DNA of 64,000 bases from an uncultured Candidatus Bathyarchaeia archaeon (GTDB taxonomy: Archaea; Thermoproteota; Bathyarchaeia; TCS64). Within the stretch, counting starts at the first letter, position 1; each line of letters begins with the position of its first letter. A program made the position numbers and the translations under genes. Positions 9,298 to 18,346 of the stretch are shown one piece after another. A model generated the notes under the pieces. The model was not told where the DNA came from. It saw nothing but the letters and a program-made list of their open reading frames with translations, and ran no database searches. Location: positions 79 through 64,078 of the forward strand of contig CAZGZR010000005.1 of assembly GCA_964529745.1 (NCBI GenBank), read 5' to 3'.

Positions 9298-10488
9298 ATG
9301 CATCTCACGCGCGGCCAGGAACGCATGCTGGAGGGGGAAGACGGGGACGCCGTCAGGAAGGGCATGGAGCTGCTCGTGGCGCTGGGCGAGGTCTTCGGCG
9401 CCGAGAAGCTGGCGCCCGTGGAGTCGGCCCACATAAGCGGCGTCAGCTACAAGAACCTGGGCGACGCCGGCACCGAGTGGCTCGAGGAGCAGGCGGAGCT
9501 GGGCTCACGGTGCCGCGTCAGGGCAACGCTGAACCCGGCGGGCATGGACATGGAGAAGTGGGTGGAGATGGGAGTGCCCCCAGAGTTCGCCGAGGGACAG
9601 GTTCGTGTCATTGAGGCGTTCAAGAGGATGGGGGTCGAGCCCACGTGCACATGCACGCCGTACCTGATAGGCCACGTGCCTCGGAGGGGCGCCCAGGTGG
9701 CGTGGGCAGAGAGCAACGCCGTCTGTTACTGCAACAGCGTCCTCGGCGCCCGCACCAACAGGGAGTCCGGCCCCACGACGCTGGCGTCCGCCGTCACCGG
9801 ACTGACACCTCTATATGGTTACAGGCTGTACGAGAACCGGCGGCCCGGGAAGATCGTCCAGATAGATACGGAGCTGAAGACGAGGCTGGACTACAGCGCC
9901 CTGGGGTACGTGACGGGGAAGATCCTGGGCAACGCCGTGCCGTACTTCAGGGGGCTGGGAAGCCCCGACGTGGAGTCCATGAAGACCCTCGGCGCCGCGT
10001 GCGCCACCAGCGGCGGCGTCGCCCTGTGGCACGGGGAGGGTGTCACGCCGGAGGCCGGGTGGGCGGCGGGGCACCTCGACGGAGTCGAGGAGGTGACTGT
10101 GGAGCGCGGCGACCTGGAGGAGGCCCGTGAGCGCCTCGTCTGCGACCCCTCGAACCCCACGTACTGCGTCGGCTGCCCCCACTGCAGCCTGAGGGAGATA
10201 GCGGAGACCGCCGAGCTCGCCAGAGGCAGGGACCTCGGGGGCAGGCTCTGGGTGTTCACCAGCCGAGGCGTCTACCGGGAGGCGGCGAGAGCCGGCCACG
10301 TGAAGACCATAGAGGAGGCCGGCGGCAGGGTCTACAGGGACACCTGCATGGTGGTGGCGCCACTCCGCGAGATGGGCTGGGAGGGCGTGGCCACCAACAG
10401 CTTCAAGGGCGGCCACTACAGCGTGGCCCACGGCTTCGAGACAGAGATCACTACCTTGGACAAGCTGGTGGAGGGAGCCGCGGGATGA
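9298..10488 (+). CDS. Aconitase X (DUF521) large subunit; candidate phosphomevalonate dehydratase large subunit
   Basis: 396 aa. Family-typical CTCTPYL and AWAESNAVCYCNSVLGARTNRESG segments. Confidence 0.8.
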   Translation: MHLTRGQERMLEGEDGDAVRKGMELLVALGEVFGAEKLAPVESAHISGVSYKNLGDAGTEWLEEQAELGSRCRVRATLNPAGMDMEKWVEMGVPPEFAEGQVRVIEAFKRMGVEPTCTCTPYLIGHVPRRGAQVAWAESNAVCYCNSVLGARTNRESGPTTLASAVTGLTPLYGYRLYENRRPGKIVQIDTELKTRLDYSALGYVTGKILGNAVPYFRGLGSPDVESMKTLGAACATSGGVALWHGEGVTPEAGWAAGHLDGVEEVTVERGDLEEARERLVCDPSNPTYCVGCPHCSLREIAETAELARGRDLGGRLWVFTSRGVYREAARAGHVKTIEEAGGRVYRDTCMVVAPLREMGWEGVATNSFKGGHYSVAHGFETEITTLDKLVEGAAG

Positions 10489-10883
10489 TACTCAGGGGGC
10501 GCAGGGTAATGGGCGGCTCAGCGGAGGGCGAGGCGTTGGTGAGCGTGGAGCCTGTGAGCTTCTACGGCGGCGTGGACCCCGAGACTGGCTGCGTCACGGA
10601 GCCCGGGCACTGCTGCTGCGGGGAGAACATCAGCGGCAGGGTCTTCGTGTTCCCCACGGGGAAAGGCAGCACCGTGGGCAGCTACGTCATCTACAGGATG
10701 AAGAAGCTGGGAACCGCGCCGGCTGCCATAGTCAACGTGGAGACCGAGGCCATCATCGCCACCGGCTGCGTCATAAGCGACATACCGCTCGTGGACAAGC
10801 TCGACGGTGACCCCCTGGAGACCATAAGGACCGGGATGAGGGTCAGGGTCAACGGCGACGACGGACTAGTCGAGACCCTTTAG
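10485..10883 (+). CDS. Aconitase X swivel-domain (DUF126) small subunit; candidate phosphomevalonate dehydratase small subunit
   Basis: 132 aa. GEALVSVEPVSFYGGVDPETG ... VFVFPTGKGSTVGSYVIY pattern typical of DUF126. 4-nt overlap with the large-subunit gene. Confidence 0.8.
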   Translation: MILRGRRVMGGSAEGEALVSVEPVSFYGGVDPETGCVTEPGHCCCGENISGRVFVFPTGKGSTVGSYVIYRMKKLGTAPAAIVNVETEAIIATGCVISDIPLVDKLDGDPLETIRTGMRVRVNGDDGLVETL

Positions 10884-10928
10884 CCCCACCGTTAACGACT
10901 TAACGGCACACAACCCTACAATCCATGG

Positions 10929-11726
10929 GTGTCTGCTTTGCTTGAGAAGATTCAGCGGGAGCTTGAGCGTGTCGAGGTTTACAGGAAGAAGGCCATCGAG
11001 TTCAAGGACCGTAGGTTCCCCCGGCTTGAGGGGTTCAGCCTCATCGAGGGCATGCCGTACCACGTCGTGGATGGTGTGCCCCACTACTATTACATCGTCG
11101 AGGAGGTGAGTGAGCGCCTGTTCCTCCACCACGCAGGGACGCTGGACGAGTGCGCCCTCGCGGTCATGGCGGTCACCGACATGAACGAGGTGGACGTCAT
11201 AGGAGCCCTTGAGGCCATGGCCATACCCATCTGCACCAGCCTCTGCCTCAAGACCAGGAAGCCCATGGCCGTCATCGGCAAACGTGAGTACGTTGACGAC
11301 GTCTCCGGCTACACGCCCCCCGGCCAGATAGAGATAGTGAAGACGACCGGCTACAGCGAGACCCGCCTCTACGCCAACAACATACCCCGGGGCAGCAACG
11401 TGCTTCTCGTGGAGCCCATCTCCAGCACCGGCGGCAGCTTACGCCGGGTAACCGAGGAATTGACGAAGAACGGCATCAAAGTCGCCGACATGGTCACCGT
11501 CGTAGGGAAGCCCGACTACGGCTACGAGGAGGAGATAGCCAAGTCCGGCCAGGCGGTCAAGACCCTCCTCAAGGTCCGCATCGAGAACTACGTGGAGCTG
11601 GGGGACGGCCACGGCTACTGCGAGACATCAGTCGAGAAGACCAGGTGGTTCAGGAAGGCGGAGCCCACGGTGGATAGGCTGAGGGACCGGTACGAGGAGG
11701 CCATGACCCGGCTGCTGGAGACGTGA
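10929..11726 (+). CDS. Phosphoribosyltransferase-family protein with an N-terminal extension
   Basis: 265 aa with GTG start. PRPP-binding-type motif VLLVEPISSTGGSL in the C-terminal half. The roughly 100-aa N-terminal region is not recognised. Confidence 0.6.
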   Translation: MSALLEKIQRELERVEVYRKKAIEFKDRRFPRLEGFSLIEGMPYHVVDGVPHYYYIVEEVSERLFLHHAGTLDECALAVMAVTDMNEVDVIGALEAMAIPICTSLCLKTRKPMAVIGKREYVDDVSGYTPPGQIEIVKTTGYSETRLYANNIPRGSNVLLVEPISSTGGSLRRVTEELTKNGIKVADMVTVVGKPDYGYEEEIAKSGQAVKTLLKVRIENYVELGDGHGYCETSVEKTRWFRKAEPTVDRLRDRYEEAMTRLLET

Positions 11727-11833
11727 AAACACAGCCCTGATCCAGAGCGGGAGTATGGTATCCTGATGCCATACCCATCAACGTGAGCCGAATACAGAGT
11801 ATAATGTCATAAATGCTTTAACATAAGTATAGA

Positions 11834-12991
11834 GTGAGTATCGATATGGGCAACTACGACCGCAGGCTCAACGGAATCCAGGCGAAGATGGAGGAGAACG
11901 GGCTAGACCTCGCCGTCCTAGGCGTCGGCCCCGACTATGAGTACCTCACAGGGGCCCCCGTCGAGTGGCGGAGATGGAGAGACCTGACGAACCCGGCGGA
12001 CACGGTCTTCGTTCCGGCGGACGGGGAGCCGATAATCCTAGCTGGGATGGGATCTGCGAAGGACGCGAGACGGGGCTGGGTAGACGAGGTGAGGGTTCTC
12101 GGCATGTTCGAGAACCCCGCGCCTGCGGTGAAGGATATAATTGAGGAGCTCGTGGATGAGCCGAAGAAGGTGGGCGTCGGCGAGTACACGTGGGGGAGCC
12201 TCACGTTGACCGTGGCCTCCCTCTGCAAGGGCGCCTCCTTCAGGAGCGCCGAGGGGCTCCTCGACGATGTGCGCATGATCAAGGAGCCAGGGGAGATTGA
12301 CAGGCTCAGGAAGGCGGCGAAGCTCACCGAGGACGTTATGAGCCGGATAATCGGCCAGGTGGACGCCGGGGAGACCATGAGGGGCGCCGGCCTGAAGATA
12401 GAGACCATGGGCAGGATGATCGGCGCCAGCGACGTAAGCTTCCCCGCCACAGCCGGGTTCTGCAAGTCGAGCAGCGAGCCCACCGACGAGGTCTTCAACT
12501 ACGAGAAGGGGCAGGGCCTTGAGCCGGGCACAAGCATAGCCTTCGACGTCGGCTTCGTGCTCGACGGCTACTGCAGCGACTGGGGCCGCAGCTTCTACTA
12601 CGGCGAGCCCGAGGAGCACGTCGAGGAGGCATACGCGGCGCTCCAGGCGGCCGTGGTTGAGACCGTGGACGACATAGGCGACGAGGTGCACAGGGTCAAC
12701 GAGATATTCCCCAGCATAGAGATCATCTGCGACAGGGAGGGCTACGGCGAACAGCTTCGCGCGAGGCTGCCCGAAGGCACGGTGGGCCACCAGATAGGTG
12801 TCGAGGTCCACGAGGACCCGTGGCTCAGGCCGGAGAACAGCCAAGAGCTGGTGGACGGCATGGTGTTCTGTGTAGAGCCCAAGCTCTGGCAAAAGGGGGA
12901 GTACTATCTACGTGTCGAGGACATGGTGCTGATAAGGAACGGCGGGGCCGAGTTCCTCACCAACTACGACCGCTATCACTTCAAACTCTAA
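11834..12991 (+). CDS. M24-family metallopeptidase (Xaa-Pro aminopeptidase/creatinase-like)
   Basis: 385 aa. Creatinase-like N-domain followed by a pita-bread fold with His/Glu ligand contexts (GHQIGVEVHE, FCVEP, YLRVEDMVLI). Confidence 0.8.
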   Translation: MSIDMGNYDRRLNGIQAKMEENGLDLAVLGVGPDYEYLTGAPVEWRRWRDLTNPADTVFVPADGEPIILAGMGSAKDARRGWVDEVRVLGMFENPAPAVKDIIEELVDEPKKVGVGEYTWGSLTLTVASLCKGASFRSAEGLLDDVRMIKEPGEIDRLRKAAKLTEDVMSRIIGQVDAGETMRGAGLKIETMGRMIGASDVSFPATAGFCKSSSEPTDEVFNYEKGQGLEPGTSIAFDVGFVLDGYCSDWGRSFYYGEPEEHVEEAYAALQAAVVETVDDIGDEVHRVNEIFPSIEIICDREGYGEQLRARLPEGTVGHQIGVEVHEDPWLRPENSQELVDGMVFCVEPKLWQKGEYYLRVEDMVLIRNGGAEFLTNYDRYHFKL

Positions 12992-13905
12992 TATTACAAA
13001 ATATGTTTAATATCCAATTTTATATTCTATGACGGTCAATATAGACAAGCTCGGAGAGCTAATGATGTCAAGAGGCTGTTTTATAGTCTTCGAAGGAATT
13101 GATGGATCAGGTAAAACTGCTCAGTGTGAAATCCTCTCCGAGAAATTAAAGGACGAATATAACGTTCTTCAAACCAAAGAACCAACTGGATCTTTACCTA
13201 TTGGTAAATTAATACGTAAAGTATTACTTGAAGAAGAGGAATCCAAAGACATACCAGAAGAGTCATTAGCACTTTTATTTGCAGCTGATAGAATTTCTCA
13301 TTTAAAAAGAATAGTTCTTCCTGCTCTTAACAATGGATCAATTGTTATTTCCGATAGATATGTATATAGTTCATATGCTTATCAAACTAAAGGTATGAAT
13401 AAAGAAATGCCGCTAAATTGGATATATGATATAAATAAATATGCAATAGATCCTGATATTGTGATATTTTTAGATATACCTCCGGAATTAGGTCAAGAAA
13501 GATTATTTAAAGGTCAAAAAAGAGTTCAAGATCATACATATTTTGAAACACTTATACAGCAACAAAAAATTAGATCAGTTTATTATGAGGTTTTTAATTT
13601 TGATAAAAAAACAGTGGATTTATTAAATTTCAATAAAAAAAAGAAAAAGAATAAAAGAATAGAAATTAATAAAATAAAGAATACTACAATATTGCGGATA
13701 GATGGAACCTTATCTAAGAAAAAGATAGAAAATTCCATTTTTAAATACGTAAGTAATTATTTAAAAGAAAAAAATATTTCTAAAAACGATAATAAAGACT
13801 CTAAAAAACAACCTTTAACATTATTCTCGTAAGAAGTGGATTATTATAGATGTAATCAATATACAACTTTATACTTAATTTGCAATCTAAATGTCTTACC
13901 TTGAT
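12992..13905. other. AT-rich compositional island 1 (carries tmk)
   Basis: Abrupt switch from GC-rich host sequence to AT-rich sequence directly after the M24 stop codon. Composition returns to GC-rich near 13905. Boundaries judged by eye. Confidence 0.7.
13029..13832 (+). CDS. tmk: Thymidylate (dTMP) kinase with Lys-rich insertion and tail, foreign codon usage
   Basis: 267 aa. P-loop FEGIDGSGKT, TKEPT, DRY-type motif SDRYVYSSYAYQ and a LID-like GQKRVQD. AAA/ATT/TTA-dominated codons, unlike neighbouring genes. Confidence 0.85.
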   Translation: MTVNIDKLGELMMSRGCFIVFEGIDGSGKTAQCEILSEKLKDEYNVLQTKEPTGSLPIGKLIRKVLLEEEESKDIPEESLALLFAADRISHLKRIVLPALNNGSIVISDRYVYSSYAYQTKGMNKEMPLNWIYDINKYAIDPDIVIFLDIPPELGQERLFKGQKRVQDHTYFETLIQQQKIRSVYYEVFNFDKKTVDLLNFNKKKKKNKRIEINKIKNTTILRIDGTLSKKKIENSIFKYVSNYLKEKNISKNDNKDSKKQPLTLFS

Positions 13906-14098
13906 AACAGTGTTTAGCTTCAGGCTCTCGGCAGTACTCTTTCCATCGACCAGGTTGAGAAGATCTTTTTGAGAGAGCGTCGGGTCTCTTGAAGGAGCTG
14001 AATGTTGAGCCGGAGGAGAGGGACGCGAAGGCGGAGTCCCTGACCTGGTTCATCGAGGAGTAGCCGTCATACCTCGATCTTTATATCCTTCACGATGT

Positions 14099-14968
14099 TT
14101 GGTTGTTGGATCTGGTTTGCAGGTTGAAGCCTACGCGTTGGTGACTGCCTTCAGCTTCGGGCTCTCGGCGGTGCTCGTCCGTAAAGGGCTGAGCGAGTCC
14201 ACGGCCGTCACCGCCACCCTCGTCATCAGCGGGGTCCAGGTGGTCGTCCTAGGCTTCCTGCTCCTGCTGTCGCCGCCGAGCCTCAGCTGGGCGGCGGTGG
14301 GCTACTTCGTGGTCGCGGGGCTGTTGGCCGCTACGTTTGGCAGGACCCTGAACTACATGAGCATCGACAGGCTGGGGGTGCCCATAAGCACGTCTCTGAG
14401 CGGCACCAACCCGTTGTTCACCATAGTGTTCGCGTCCCTCCTCATAGGCGAGGCCGTGGAGGCGAGCACCGTGGCGGGCACGGCGTTGGTGGTCGCCGGG
14501 ATCGCGTTGATAAGCGGCTGGGGCGGAGAGAACAGCGTCAGGAAAGGCGACCTCGTCATCCCGTTGGCCGCCGCGAGCCTCTACGCCCTCTCTAGCATCT
14601 TGAGGAAGACGGCCCTCACCATGCTGCCGGAACCCGTGCTGGGCGCTGTCGTCGGGGCGCTGGCGAGCCTCTTCACCTTCCCCGTCGTGCTGAGGCTGAT
14701 GAACAGAGTGGGAGACCTCAGGCTCACGAGGGGCTCCCTGCCCTACTTCGCTGCGGCCGGCGTCTCCAACAGCGTCGCCTGGGTAAGCATGTACCTGGCC
14801 ACCCAGAGCGGCTCGGTGTCGGTGGTCTCCGCCATAATCGGGGCCAACCCCTTGTTCGGGCTGGTCCTCAGCGCCATCTTCCTCAGGGGCGTCGAGAGGA
14901 TAACCCCCAGGACCATAGCCGGCTGCCTCGTCATCGTAGCCGGGATAACCGTGATTACGCTGCTCTAG
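14099..14968 (+). CDS. EamA/DMT-superfamily transporter
   Basis: 289 aa with about 10 hydrophobic segments in a two-fold EamA-like arrangement. TTG start, so the N-terminus is uncertain. Confidence 0.75.
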   Translation: MVVGSGLQVEAYALVTAFSFGLSAVLVRKGLSESTAVTATLVISGVQVVVLGFLLLLSPPSLSWAAVGYFVVAGLLAATFGRTLNYMSIDRLGVPISTSLSGTNPLFTIVFASLLIGEAVEASTVAGTALVVAGIALISGWGGENSVRKGDLVIPLAAASLYALSSILRKTALTMLPEPVLGAVVGALASLFTFPVVLRLMNRVGDLRLTRGSLPYFAAAGVSNSVAWVSMYLATQSGSVSVVSAIIGANPLFGLVLSAIFLRGVERITPRTIAGCLVIVAGITVITLL

Positions 14969-15345
14969 GCTCCCATCTTCTTAGCCCTGTCGAGGGCCTC
15001 CATGAGCTTCATCAGGGTGTCCGTGAGCTCGACCATCGCCGCGGGGTCGTCCTCCTCGTCCAACCTCTTCTGGACCTCGTCGATCTTCTTACGCAGGGAC
15101 TCTGCGAGCCTCTCCCTGTGGGCCTCGGACTGAACATCGGCGTCGCCTTTGACGTACCTCACCGGCCTGTTACACATGGGGCAGATGACGTCGCCGTTGC
15201 TCAGCTGGAAAAGGGGTGTCCCGCAGTCCGGGCACGTGTCGCTGAGCATGCGGGCGCCTTGCCGCAGTAGCTCGCCCATCTTCTTCATGCTACCTTCAGA
15301 CAATCCGACACCAGAAACGGATACACGCGCCTGCTTAAGAATCAT
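14965..15345 (-). CDS. Zinc-ribbon protein of the UPF0148 / autoantigen-p27-like family
   Basis: CPDCGTPLF...CPMCN zinc ribbon followed by an acidic helical tail. The likely true start is the internal Met at 15288 (MKKMGELLRQGARML). Confidence 0.65.
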   Translation of the reverse strand: MILKQARVSVSGVGLSEGSMKKMGELLRQGARMLSDTCPDCGTPLFQLSNGDVICPMCNRPVRYVKGDADVQSEAHRERLAESLRKKIDEVQKRLDEEDDPAAMVELTDTLMKLMEALDRAKKMGA

Positions 15346-15672
15346 TCAGGTCGGGAGATCGAAGAAACCGTCCACGCCGGGCTCGAGGCGCTCCACCTTC
15401 ACGACGGCGCCCAAGTTGATGGGCCCGTAGACGTGGGGATACAGCTCGCCGCCGCCCCCGTCCTCCTCTACAACCCGCGAATCCAGACTTTCCGGGTCGA
15501 TGTGGAGGAGAACCAGGCCCCGCCGCCCCCTGTAGACCATGTTAGCCACCCTGATCACCTGATGCGGGTACGAGCAGTGTATGAAGCCCTGATCCCTCAG
15601 CGACGCCGTCCTGTATATCCCGTCCACCTGGGCCCTCGCCCACTCCTCGCCGTGGGCTATGTGAAGCAACAT
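15346..15672 (-). CDS. DUF952-family protein
   Basis: 108 aa from ATG 15672 (MLLHIAHGEEW...GFIHCSYPHQV...LLHID...ELYPHVYGPI), matching DUF952 length and pattern. The longer 202-aa ORF in the track looks like an upstream over-extension. Confidence 0.7.
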   Translation of the reverse strand: MLLHIAHGEEWARAQVDGIYRTASLRDQGFIHCSYPHQVIRVANMVYRGRRGLVLLHIDPESLDSRVVEEDGGGGELYPHVYGPINLGAVVKVERLEPGVDGFFDLPT

Positions 15673-16010
15673 GGAGGAACCTCGGCTCGACGCGTTAATA
15701 ATGATATACCCTCCACCGAGACAGGGGCCGGCTTCATTGATGGACCAAGAAGCAACGCCCAAGAGCCGGTTACTTATAAAACCGTTCGGAGAACAAAACA
15801 CCGTGCCTCTGGTTGACAGGTTCAAAAGGGTGACCGGCCTCATAGTAGGCGCCACCCTGTGAGGCGTCGTGGGCAACGCCTTCGGCAACCTAGGGCTAGG
15901 CGTCGTCATCGGCGCGTCCCTGGGGCTCCTGCTTGGGCAGTGGTGCCGCATCAAAGCAGAAACCTGGTAAGAGCCCAGTTTTTAAGGCAAGCAACCGTAG
16001 TTGAGAATAC

Positions 16011-16733
16011 ATGATCCAGCTAGAGGGAAGAAACACGGTGCAGGAGGCGCTGAAGGCGGGGACCGTAACCCTCATCCGAGTGGAGAAGGACAAGCAGAGC
16101 GACCCCAAGATACAGGAAATCCTCGGCTCCGCCGCCCGAATGAAGGTGCCCGTAGAGTTCGTCACGAGGCAGAAGCTGGACAATGTGAGCGAGACAGGGC
16201 GCCACCAGGGGATCATGGCCGTGGCCGAGCCCAGTCCCGCATGGAGCCTGGAGAGGGTGCTCAAGGAGACCGGGAGGGAAGCCTGCATACTACTGTTGGA
16301 CCGGGTGCAGGATCCCCACAACCTGGGAGCCATACTCAGGACCTCGGACGCCGCCGGGGTGGACGGGGTGGTCGTACCCAAACGGGGAAGCGCCGACCTC
16401 GGGACCACCGTCCACAGAGTATCCATGGGGGGCAGCCTCCACGTCCCGGTATGGAGACAGAGCCTCTACACAGCCATCAAGACCCTGAAAGACGACGGCT
16501 TCAAGGTAATCGGATTAGACGCCTCCGCGGATACACCCTACTGGGGGATCGACCTGACTGGAGCCGTAGCCTTCGTCTTGGGCGGCGAGGACAGGGGCAT
16601 AAACCCCACCCTCCTCGACAAGTGCGACACCCTAGTCAAGATACCCATGATGGGCAAGATACCTTCGCTTAACGTGAGCGTCGCCACGGCCATAGTCATC
16701 TACGAGAGGCTGAGGCAACAAGAAAACGGGTGA
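16011..16733 (+). CDS. SpoU/TrmH-family RNA 2'-O-ribose methyltransferase (RlmB-like)
   Basis: 240 aa. Motifs LLLDRVQDPHNLGAILRTSDAAGVD, LGGEDRGI and IPMMGKIPSLNVSVATAIVIYE. Confidence 0.85.
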   Translation: MIQLEGRNTVQEALKAGTVTLIRVEKDKQSDPKIQEILGSAARMKVPVEFVTRQKLDNVSETGRHQGIMAVAEPSPAWSLERVLKETGREACILLLDRVQDPHNLGAILRTSDAAGVDGVVVPKRGSADLGTTVHRVSMGGSLHVPVWRQSLYTAIKTLKDDGFKVIGLDASADTPYWGIDLTGAVAFVLGGEDRGINPTLLDKCDTLVKIPMMGKIPSLNVSVATAIVIYERLRQQENG

Positions 16734-16743
16734 GAAAAGCGGG

Positions 16744-17058
16744 TCAGCGTCTATTATAGGCGTTGCTTATGATAATGACGCCGATGGCTATGATGAACAG
16801 CGGCCAGAGCGTGTCCCACCCAATCCACCCGAACGTGTCCTCCAGCAGCGTCGAGAGACCCATTAGGATCAGAAACGCGCCTATGAGCAGCGGCCACGTC
16901 ATCCTGTTCCTGCCGCCGAAGCATTCGTCGTCGTAGTCCCAGTCCCGCCTTCTGGTCCTGTACGCCGGGGGGCGGAGGCTGGCCCCGCAGTTCTTGCAGA
17001 CCTCCGCGTCTTCATCGTTCTCGGTTCCGCACTTGGTGCAATATACCAAAACCTTCAC
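16744..17058 (-). CDS. Zinc-ribbon membrane protein
   Basis: 104 aa. N-terminal CTKCGTEN...CKNCG ribbon followed by two hydrophobic helices. Confidence 0.6.
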   Translation of the reverse strand: MKVLVYCTKCGTENDEDAEVCKNCGASLRPPAYRTRRRDWDYDDECFGGRNRMTWPLLIGAFLILMGLSTLLEDTFGWIGWDTLWPLFIIAIGVIIISNAYNRR

Positions 17059-17106
17059 CTAGGACGCTGATCGTCGTCGTCTTATAGAAACGTTACTCAC
17101 GGAACG

Positions 17107-18336
17107 TCATCTGTACCCGTCTGGACAGGGCTCAGCGCACCGGCTGCACGCCCTTACATGCTCCTCTTGGGACACCCTGATGCGAGCCGCCACCCAGAAC
17201 AGAACCGAAGCCATCAGATAAGCCTCAACGAGGAAGCTGACGCCCATCTCCATCAGGGAAGCAGTCAACATGAACGCGCCGAAGACCAACGAGACGTTCA
17301 GCACCAGGTGAAACAGCGGGCTGCCCATGTCGATGAAATGCTGGACGAGCCCCAGGGCGACGAGCAGCGCGCCGGCGTAGAAGACGGTCACGGGGTCGCC
17401 GACGCTGAACCCGCCGAAGAAGCAAAGGAATCCGCCCACGATGGCCGAGGCGGCTCCCAGGGCGAGCCCCGTACACCCGGCGCACAGCGCCCTACCGTTC
17501 ACCCTTAAAACGTGCCCCCTGAACTCCGGGCAGTCCGGGTGGTGGCCAACGAGCCTAGGTTTAAGATTAGCGTCGTGCCCCAAACCATTCAGCCTCCATG
17601 GAGCCGCTGCCGCCACGAGCCCCGCCGTGCAAACGAGGATGAAAAGGCTGCCTGTCACGAGATTCTGGTCTGCAAAGGTTATCATGGGCGTGCTCGGGCT
17701 GAACGCGAGTAGCCCGAGGAATACGAGTAGAACCAACCCAATGGAAACATACAGTATCTGAGTCCTCCGCCCAGCCAGGCCGTGCCTGACGAATCCGCGG
17801 TAAAGCTCTCCCGGGTCCGGGACGAGGAAGGGCGTTCTCTCTTTGTACCTTCGGTACTCGTCGCCGAACCTCTCCTCCAAGTCCGGCTCCTCCCTCAGCT
17901 TGACTATCGCCACGTTCAGCAGCAGGACCAGGGGGGTGATGGACAGGGCCATCCCCGGCGACTGGAGCAGCACCCCCATCGCCAACGGGAGCGTAGAGTA
18001 GCCCAGCACCATAGGGTTCCTGGTATAGGCGTATACCCCGGACGTGACCAGCCTGCTGGTCTTGGCGTCCTCGACGGCCTCGCCCCATGGCAGGCCCCCT
18101 CCATGACGATAGAGGAGACGCGTAGACCTCAAACCGACGCCGAGGCCGAAGATGAAAACGGATACACCCATATAGAGATTCCAAGGAAAAGGGGGGTAGC
18201 TCTGTAGACTGAGGACGGCGTCCACCTGTCTACCGGCGACGTATGTGATGACGGGCATGGCGACGAATATCAACAGATACAGCGCCAGCTGTCCACCCTT
18301 CACGGATACCGTCCGGGTCTGTCCGTCGTAATCCAT
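17107..18336 (-). CDS. Membrane methyltransferase (ICMT/PEMT-like) fused to a Cys-rich polytopic membrane domain
   Basis: 409 aa. The N-terminal half has GVYAYTRNPMVLGY ... EEPDLEERFGDEYRRYKERTPFLVP (ICMT-family signature). The C-terminal half has HHPDCPEF...LCAGCTG and CSRCAEPCP motifs within transmembrane segments (DUF2085-like, tentative). Confidence 0.6.
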   Translation of the reverse strand: MDYDGQTRTVSVKGGQLALYLLIFVAMPVITYVAGRQVDAVLSLQSYPPFPWNLYMGVSVFIFGLGVGLRSTRLLYRHGGGLPWGEAVEDAKTSRLVTSGVYAYTRNPMVLGYSTLPLAMGVLLQSPGMALSITPLVLLLNVAIVKLREEPDLEERFGDEYRRYKERTPFLVPDPGELYRGFVRHGLAGRRTQILYVSIGLVLLVFLGLLAFSPSTPMITFADQNLVTGSLFILVCTAGLVAAAAPWRLNGLGHDANLKPRLVGHHPDCPEFRGHVLRVNGRALCAGCTGLALGAASAIVGGFLCFFGGFSVGDPVTVFYAGALLVALGLVQHFIDMGSPLFHLVLNVSLVFGAFMLTASLMEMGVSFLVEAYLMASVLFWVAARIRVSQEEHVRACSRCAEPCPDGYR

Positions 18337-18346
18337 AGTCGTCGCC

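Noticed and set aside
13856-14053. 65-aa minus-strand ORF at the edge of the tmk island.
   Set aside because: It spans the AT-rich/GC-rich boundary, has no motif and no sensible start context. The plus-strand frames look more coding-like (see the remnant finding).
15830-15970. Glycine-zipper-like micro-ORF VTGLIVGATL-TGA-GVVGNAFGNLGLGVVIGASLGLLLGQWCRIKAETW, interrupted by an in-frame TGA. A 33-aa version could start at GTG 15869.
   Set aside because: Too short to support from sequence alone. There is no evidence for stop-codon recoding. It may be a real small membrane protein, but I cannot substantiate it.
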